Assembly: GCA_965204375.1 (NCBI GenBank)
Contig: OZ241986.1
Coordinates: 4,610,898-4,674,897, forward strand
Length of the DNA: 64,000 nt
DNA from: Candidatus Latescibacterota bacterium
Lineage (GTDB): Bacteria; Latescibacterota; UBA2968
Reading direction: 5' to 3'
The notes under the pieces are model-generated. The model did not search any database and was not told where the DNA came from. It worked only from the letters and a program-made list of their open reading frames with translations. The translations under genes were made by a program, and so were the position numbers. Positions within the stretch are counted from its first letter, which is position 1. Each line of letters opens with the position of its first letter. This document shows positions 60,222 through 64,000 of the stretch, piece after piece.

Positions 60222-61580
60222 ATGCCAAACCTACTCGTTTTATTGAGTGATCAGTTGCGCCGACAGGCTCTTGGAATTCACGGCGACCCGGATGCACGCA
60301 CACCACACCTGGACGCCTTTGCACAACAGGGTGTTCGATTTGACAATGCGTGTTCCACGTATCCGATCTGCGTGCCTTTTCGGTTTACACTTATGACCGG
60401 CGAATATGCCCATGTCCGCAAAATACCGGGCATTGAATACGCAATGTCCACAGAAGAGCGGACACTGGCCGATGAGTTTAATGAGGCGGGGTATGAAACC
60501 ATTTATGTGGGCAAATGGCATCTCGATGGCGGGCACGGGCGGTTGGGATCTGCTGTGCAGGTCAACCGCACGCGGGTACCGCGTTCTCGTCAAGGTCGCT
60601 GGCAAAAGTGGTACGGGTTTGAGCTTCGCAATGATCCTTTTGATACCTGTTATTTTGAAGATGACGATCCCACGCCGAAAAAAATTGAAGGGTATCAGAC
60701 CGATGGTTTGTTTCAAATTGGGATGGATTATATAAAAGATCGGGTAGATGACCGTCCTTTTTGCATGGTCATTTCTGTGGAACCGCCTCACGATCCTTTT
60801 GTGGCTCCTGACGATGTGCAATCCGCCTGGGAAGCGAGAGATATTGTATTGCCCGAAAATTTCGATGTGGCGGATCCCACACAGCGCGAAACTTTTATTC
60901 TCAATCGCAAGCGCTACAATGCCATGGTTGAGAATCTGGATGCAAATGTCGGAAAGATGATGGCTTTTCTCAAGGCGGAGGGATTATTGGATGATACTGT
61001 CGTGGTCTTTTTATCTGACCATGGCGAGTTGGCGGGCGCACACGGTCTGCGTGCCAAGCAATGGCCCTACGAAGAGTCTGTGGGCATTCCTCTCATGGTG
61101 TGGGATTCTCGTGTGGGAGAACGCGCGGGAACGGTGATCAAAGATCCGACATGCACCGAGGATTTGTTTCCAACACTGCTGGGATTGGTGGGGATAGCGC
61201 CCAAAAACGAGGTGCCGGGGACGAATCTGACGCCGCTCGTTCACGGAGATGTAGATGCGCTGGATCGCGAGGGTGTTTTGCTCGAGTTTGTTGCGGAACT
61301 GCGAGAAAGACCACCATTTTTTGATGAGGTCTGGCGGGGATTTCGCGCGCGGGATTACAAATATACCGTGAAGGGCAATAACATGGGCGGCAGGCCCTGG
61401 CAATTTTTTGATCTGAAAAACGATCCCGGAGAAATGAATAATCTGGTGGATGATCCCAATTACCGCGACCAGGTCGCCCACCATCATCGCTTGCTGTGCG
61501 AGCGGATGATTGAGACGGAGGATCACTTTGTCATGCTCCCGGCGTTTGACAGTGAAGGTGTAAATGTCTGGGAAGAATAA
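60222..61580 (+). CDS. Cys-type sulfatase family protein
   Basis: Start at ATG 60222 (MPNLLVLLSDQ), with GGAG 7 nt upstream. It has the canonical CVPFRFTLMTG motif and LSDHGE. Confidence 0.85.
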   Translation: MPNLLVLLSDQLRRQALGIHGDPDARTPHLDAFAQQGVRFDNACSTYPICVPFRFTLMTGEYAHVRKIPGIEYAMSTEERTLADEFNEAGYETIYVGKWHLDGGHGRLGSAVQVNRTRVPRSRQGRWQKWYGFELRNDPFDTCYFEDDDPTPKKIEGYQTDGLFQIGMDYIKDRVDDRPFCMVISVEPPHDPFVAPDDVQSAWEARDIVLPENFDVADPTQRETFILNRKRYNAMVENLDANVGKMMAFLKAEGLLDDTVVVFLSDHGELAGAHGLRAKQWPYEESVGIPLMVWDSRVGERAGTVIKDPTCTEDLFPTLLGLVGIAPKNEVPGTNLTPLVHGDVDALDREGVLLEFVAELRERPPFFDEVWRGFRARDYKYTVKGNNMGGRPWQFFDLKNDPGEMNNLVDDPNYRDQVAHHHRLLCERMIETEDHFVMLPAFDSEGVNVWEE

Positions 61581-61582
61581 CT

Positions 61583-62671
61583 TCAGGGTTTCCAGATGGT
61601 TGCGCCGATATAGCGTTCGCCTTCTGGGGTATCGTTGTAATAATAGGCTGTTACAAGTGAGCTGTCGGGTCTCAAGACGGTGCGGGGATATCCGATATCC
61701 GCATTGCCCCCATCGTCGCGCAGAACAATTTCCTCGCTCCAGGTGGTTCCGGTCGTATCACTGATCTTGGCGCGGATGCCATAAGGTTCTGCGCGATAAC
61801 CGTAGGTTAGAACGATCCGCCCATCCTTCAGTAGCGTCAAGGTGGGCGGGTTCCCCCCCTGCCCAGAAGCGGGTACAGGCCGACCGATATGTGTCCATGT
61901 CAGTCCATCGTCTTCGGATAAATACGTATCAATCCAGTGTTTCGACGCTGTAAATTCTCCGCGCTCTGTGCAGCGCACAGCGACGAGAATGCGGTCTTCA
62001 CTGAGACGCAGACTCGCGGGCATGATCTGAAAACCCGCAGGCTCTTCACTCAGCCACGATAGAAATCCAAACTTGCGTCCGCCATCATAAGACCGCGCAG
62101 CAAATACGCGGCCTTCCAACCCATTGCGCTTATTCGCCGTTAGAAATAGCGTACATTGATCCGCGCTATCCACCAGATAATCCGTTCGCGCAGCAATCCC
62201 GGGTTGCCCCCACATTGGGAGCCAGAAAGGCCCTTTCCACGACTGGCATCGGTCCTGCGAATAGTACCAGAAGGAACAGACTCCCGGCCCCAGGCCCGTT
62301 CTGGCACACATCAATGCGAAGTCGGGATGCGAAAAATCCACATTGCCCGGACAATCTGTCGGTCCGTGTTTACCGCCCAGAACTTCACCTACGCGCAATC
62401 CCTCATTCATGTGTTCGTCGGCAGACAATCCGCGATTTTCCGGCGTTTTGCACGGCATGGGTGTCACCTTCCAGGTTTCGCCGCCATCCACACTTCGCGC
62501 CTGCATGTTTACAAATGGACGGTCTTTGTCTCGCGCGTGAAAACCGCCCTGGGGATCTGTATATCCCAGCGTAAATCCCAGCGCGATCTCGTCACCCCAC
62601 GACCACACCCCATAATTTGCGGGCCAACCCGCAAACCGTCCCTCTTTGCGGTACACTGTTACGTGTTTCAT
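61583..62671 (-). CDS. BNR/Asp-box repeat (sialidase-like) beta-propeller protein
   Basis: 362 aa with repeated SxDxGxTW-type Asp boxes: SVDGGETW, SYDGGRKF, SEDDGLTW and SDTTGTTW. Confidence 0.75.
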   Translation of the reverse strand: MKHVTVYRKEGRFAGWPANYGVWSWGDEIALGFTLGYTDPQGGFHARDKDRPFVNMQARSVDGGETWKVTPMPCKTPENRGLSADEHMNEGLRVGEVLGGKHGPTDCPGNVDFSHPDFALMCARTGLGPGVCSFWYYSQDRCQSWKGPFWLPMWGQPGIAARTDYLVDSADQCTLFLTANKRNGLEGRVFAARSYDGGRKFGFLSWLSEEPAGFQIMPASLRLSEDRILVAVRCTERGEFTASKHWIDTYLSEDDGLTWTHIGRPVPASGQGGNPPTLTLLKDGRIVLTYGYRAEPYGIRAKISDTTGTTWSEEIVLRDDGGNADIGYPRTVLRPDSSLVTAYYYNDTPEGERYIGATIWKP

Positions 62672-63675
62672 AATTTGACCGTGCCATCTTCCAGCATACT
62701 CAACAGTGCGGAATCATCCACATTTAGAGGTAATTCAACTCTGCCCCGACGGCGACTCGATTCATAAGTTGCAAAAATCAATTCTGTTGCTTGCAGTGCT
62801 TTACGCCCCGAAAGTTCGGGTTCGCGGCCATTTTTCACGGCATCGACGAGATCCAGCACTGAAACGGTTGTCGCATCGCGCTGACTCACCATGCCGCTGA
62901 GATCCACATCTATCTCCTGGGTACCCGATACAACGCGGAGAGGGGGCGCATCGCGGCCTCCAATTTCAATGAGCCCTTCGCTTCCAATCAATCGATTCGC
63001 AATGCCCAGCATCCTGGTTCCACCTGTTACCAACAATCCCTCGCGCCCATTTTGATACCTAATCCACGAAACTCCGCTGCCTTCCACGGGGGTCCCAAAT
63101 ACCTCGCGCCCACCTTCTGCATCGATTTGCCCGATTACCCACTCGGCGGGTTCATCGTCATTGTAAAAGAAGAACATATCAAACCAGTGCGTGCCCCAAT
63201 CGAACATGTTTGGACAATTGCCCTCAAAACGCAGCACTTCACCAATGGCGCCAGATTTTGCAATCTCCTTTGCCTTTATAAATTGCCCGGCAAACCGCCT
63301 CTGATGACAAAATGTAATGACCACGTCGTTATCCACGCATGCCTGATAGAGCGATTTTGCTTCTCCCCAGGTCGGTGCCATGGGCTTTTCTGCGTGAATC
63401 GCCTGTATTCCACTGCCCGCTGCATCTACAATCATATCGTGATGCAGTCCGGTCCAGGTGCATACGCTAACAAAGTCCAGATCTTCTTTTTCCAGCATGT
63501 CTCGGTAGTCTTCGTAGCCATTTTCAACACCAAATTCTTCCATATACGCCAAACGCGGCGCATCAAACGGATCGGCACACGCTACGAGAGCCACGTCGTC
63601 TGACGCGGTCCATCCGCGCGCGTGCGCTTTTCCGCGACCACCACAACCGATAACACCAGCTTTAAAATTTGCCAT
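62668..63675 (-). CDS. Gfo/Idh/MocA family NAD(P)-dependent oxidoreductase
   Basis: 335 aa with an N-terminal Rossmann motif FKAGVIGCGGRGKAHARGW and the EKP motif (HAEKPMA). There is a 4-nt overlap with the downstream gene. Confidence 0.85.
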   Translation of the reverse strand: MANFKAGVIGCGGRGKAHARGWTASDDVALVACADPFDAPRLAYMEEFGVENGYEDYRDMLEKEDLDFVSVCTWTGLHHDMIVDAAGSGIQAIHAEKPMAPTWGEAKSLYQACVDNDVVITFCHQRRFAGQFIKAKEIAKSGAIGEVLRFEGNCPNMFDWGTHWFDMFFFYNDDEPAEWVIGQIDAEGGREVFGTPVEGSGVSWIRYQNGREGLLVTGGTRMLGIANRLIGSEGLIEIGGRDAPPLRVVSGTQEIDVDLSGMVSQRDATTVSVLDLVDAVKNGREPELSGRKALQATELIFATYESSRRRGRVELPLNVDDSALLSMLEDGTVKL

Positions 63676-63705
63676 TTTTTTCTCCTGATAGACGTTAGAC
63701 CGTAC

Positions 63706-64000
63706 CTACATTGTGTAAATCGATGTTGCATCCACCACATATCCCTGTTGATTATCTACCACATTTAACAGGGGTTCTCCGGCACAGAATCGCCGGACAT
63801 TTTCTACGATTAATGCCTTTCTGCGCTTGTCAATCTCGGGCGAAACGCCCGCCACATGTGGCGTCAATATCACATTTTCCATGGACCACAGGGCGTGGTC
63901 TTGCGGCAACGGCTCCTCTTCATATACATCGAGGCCAGCACCGCCGATCTGTCCGGATTGCAATGCGCTGGTCAGTGCGTGCAATTGGACCACTTTGCCG
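63706..64000 (-). CDS. D-isomer-specific 2-hydroxyacid dehydrogenase family protein; the 5' end lies beyond the right edge of the window
   Basis: The C-terminal region reads GAGLDVYEEEPLP...NVILTPHVAG. The reading frame is open to position 64000. Confidence 0.8.
   Translation of the reverse strand, partial: GKVVQLHALTSALQSGQIGGAGLDVYEEEPLPQDHALWSMENVILTPHVAGVSPEIDKRRKALIVENVRRFCAGEPLLNVVDNQQGYVVDATSIYTM

Noticed and set aside
1-64000. tRNA, rRNA, tmRNA, RNase P RNA, transposase or integrase genes
   Set aside because: I inspected the intergenic regions by eye for cloverleaf-like acceptor/T-arm pairs, conserved RNase P/SRP motifs and transposase-like ORFs. None was found. A tRNAscan or Infernal run would be needed for certainty.

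Overview
This window appears to be an origin-proximal chromosomal segment of a bacterium. It carries the conserved rpmH-rnpA-yidC-mnmE-rsmG block divergent from dnaA. A DnaA-box-rich oriC lies just downstream of dnaA, and two parS-type palindromes flank rsmG. About 45 protein-coding genes can be supported.

Main gene content:
- A roughly 10 kb type I polyketide synthase ORF with domain order KS-AT-DH-cMT-ER-KR-ACP-KS-AT(degenerate). It is flanked by an alpha/beta hydrolase, a discrete ACP and an NCS2-type permease with an extra C-terminal domain. The PKS is visibly GC-richer than its surroundings.
- A cassette of two paralogous ~650-aa polytopic membrane proteins, an ArnT/PMT-like GT-C glycosyltransferase with TPR repeats, and a large TPR/GWxTD-like secreted protein. 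A second GWxTD-like paralog lies next to the PKS cluster.
- A minus-strand operon encoding a membrane-fused spermidine-synthase-like protein, a secreted 12-repeat ankyrin protein, a secreted PQQ-like beta-propeller and an unknown membrane protein.
- Four sulfatase-fold genes. Two have the canonical CxPxR motif and two have Thr at the nucleophile position.
- Sugar-acid and nucleoside genes, and housekeeping genes (tmk, S41 protease, cyclophilin and others).

The most unusual non-coding signal is a dispersed family of heptanucleotide tandem repeats, (GAAGTGW)n. These arrays carry stop codons in all three frames on one strand and overlap or abut the stop codons of five genes. They are combined with an identical 17-mer and a GGGCGAAA/TTTCGCCC hairpin module.

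A small accessory islet at about 40.0-44.3 kb contains a duplicated, inactivated 5' fragment of nupC and decayed toxin-antitoxin remnants.

Secreted ankyrin/TPR proteins, many sulfatases and a methyl-branching single-module PKS are reminiscent of marine or sponge-associated uncultivated lineages. That taxonomic reading is inference only.

No rRNA, tRNA, CRISPR array or intact transposase was seen.
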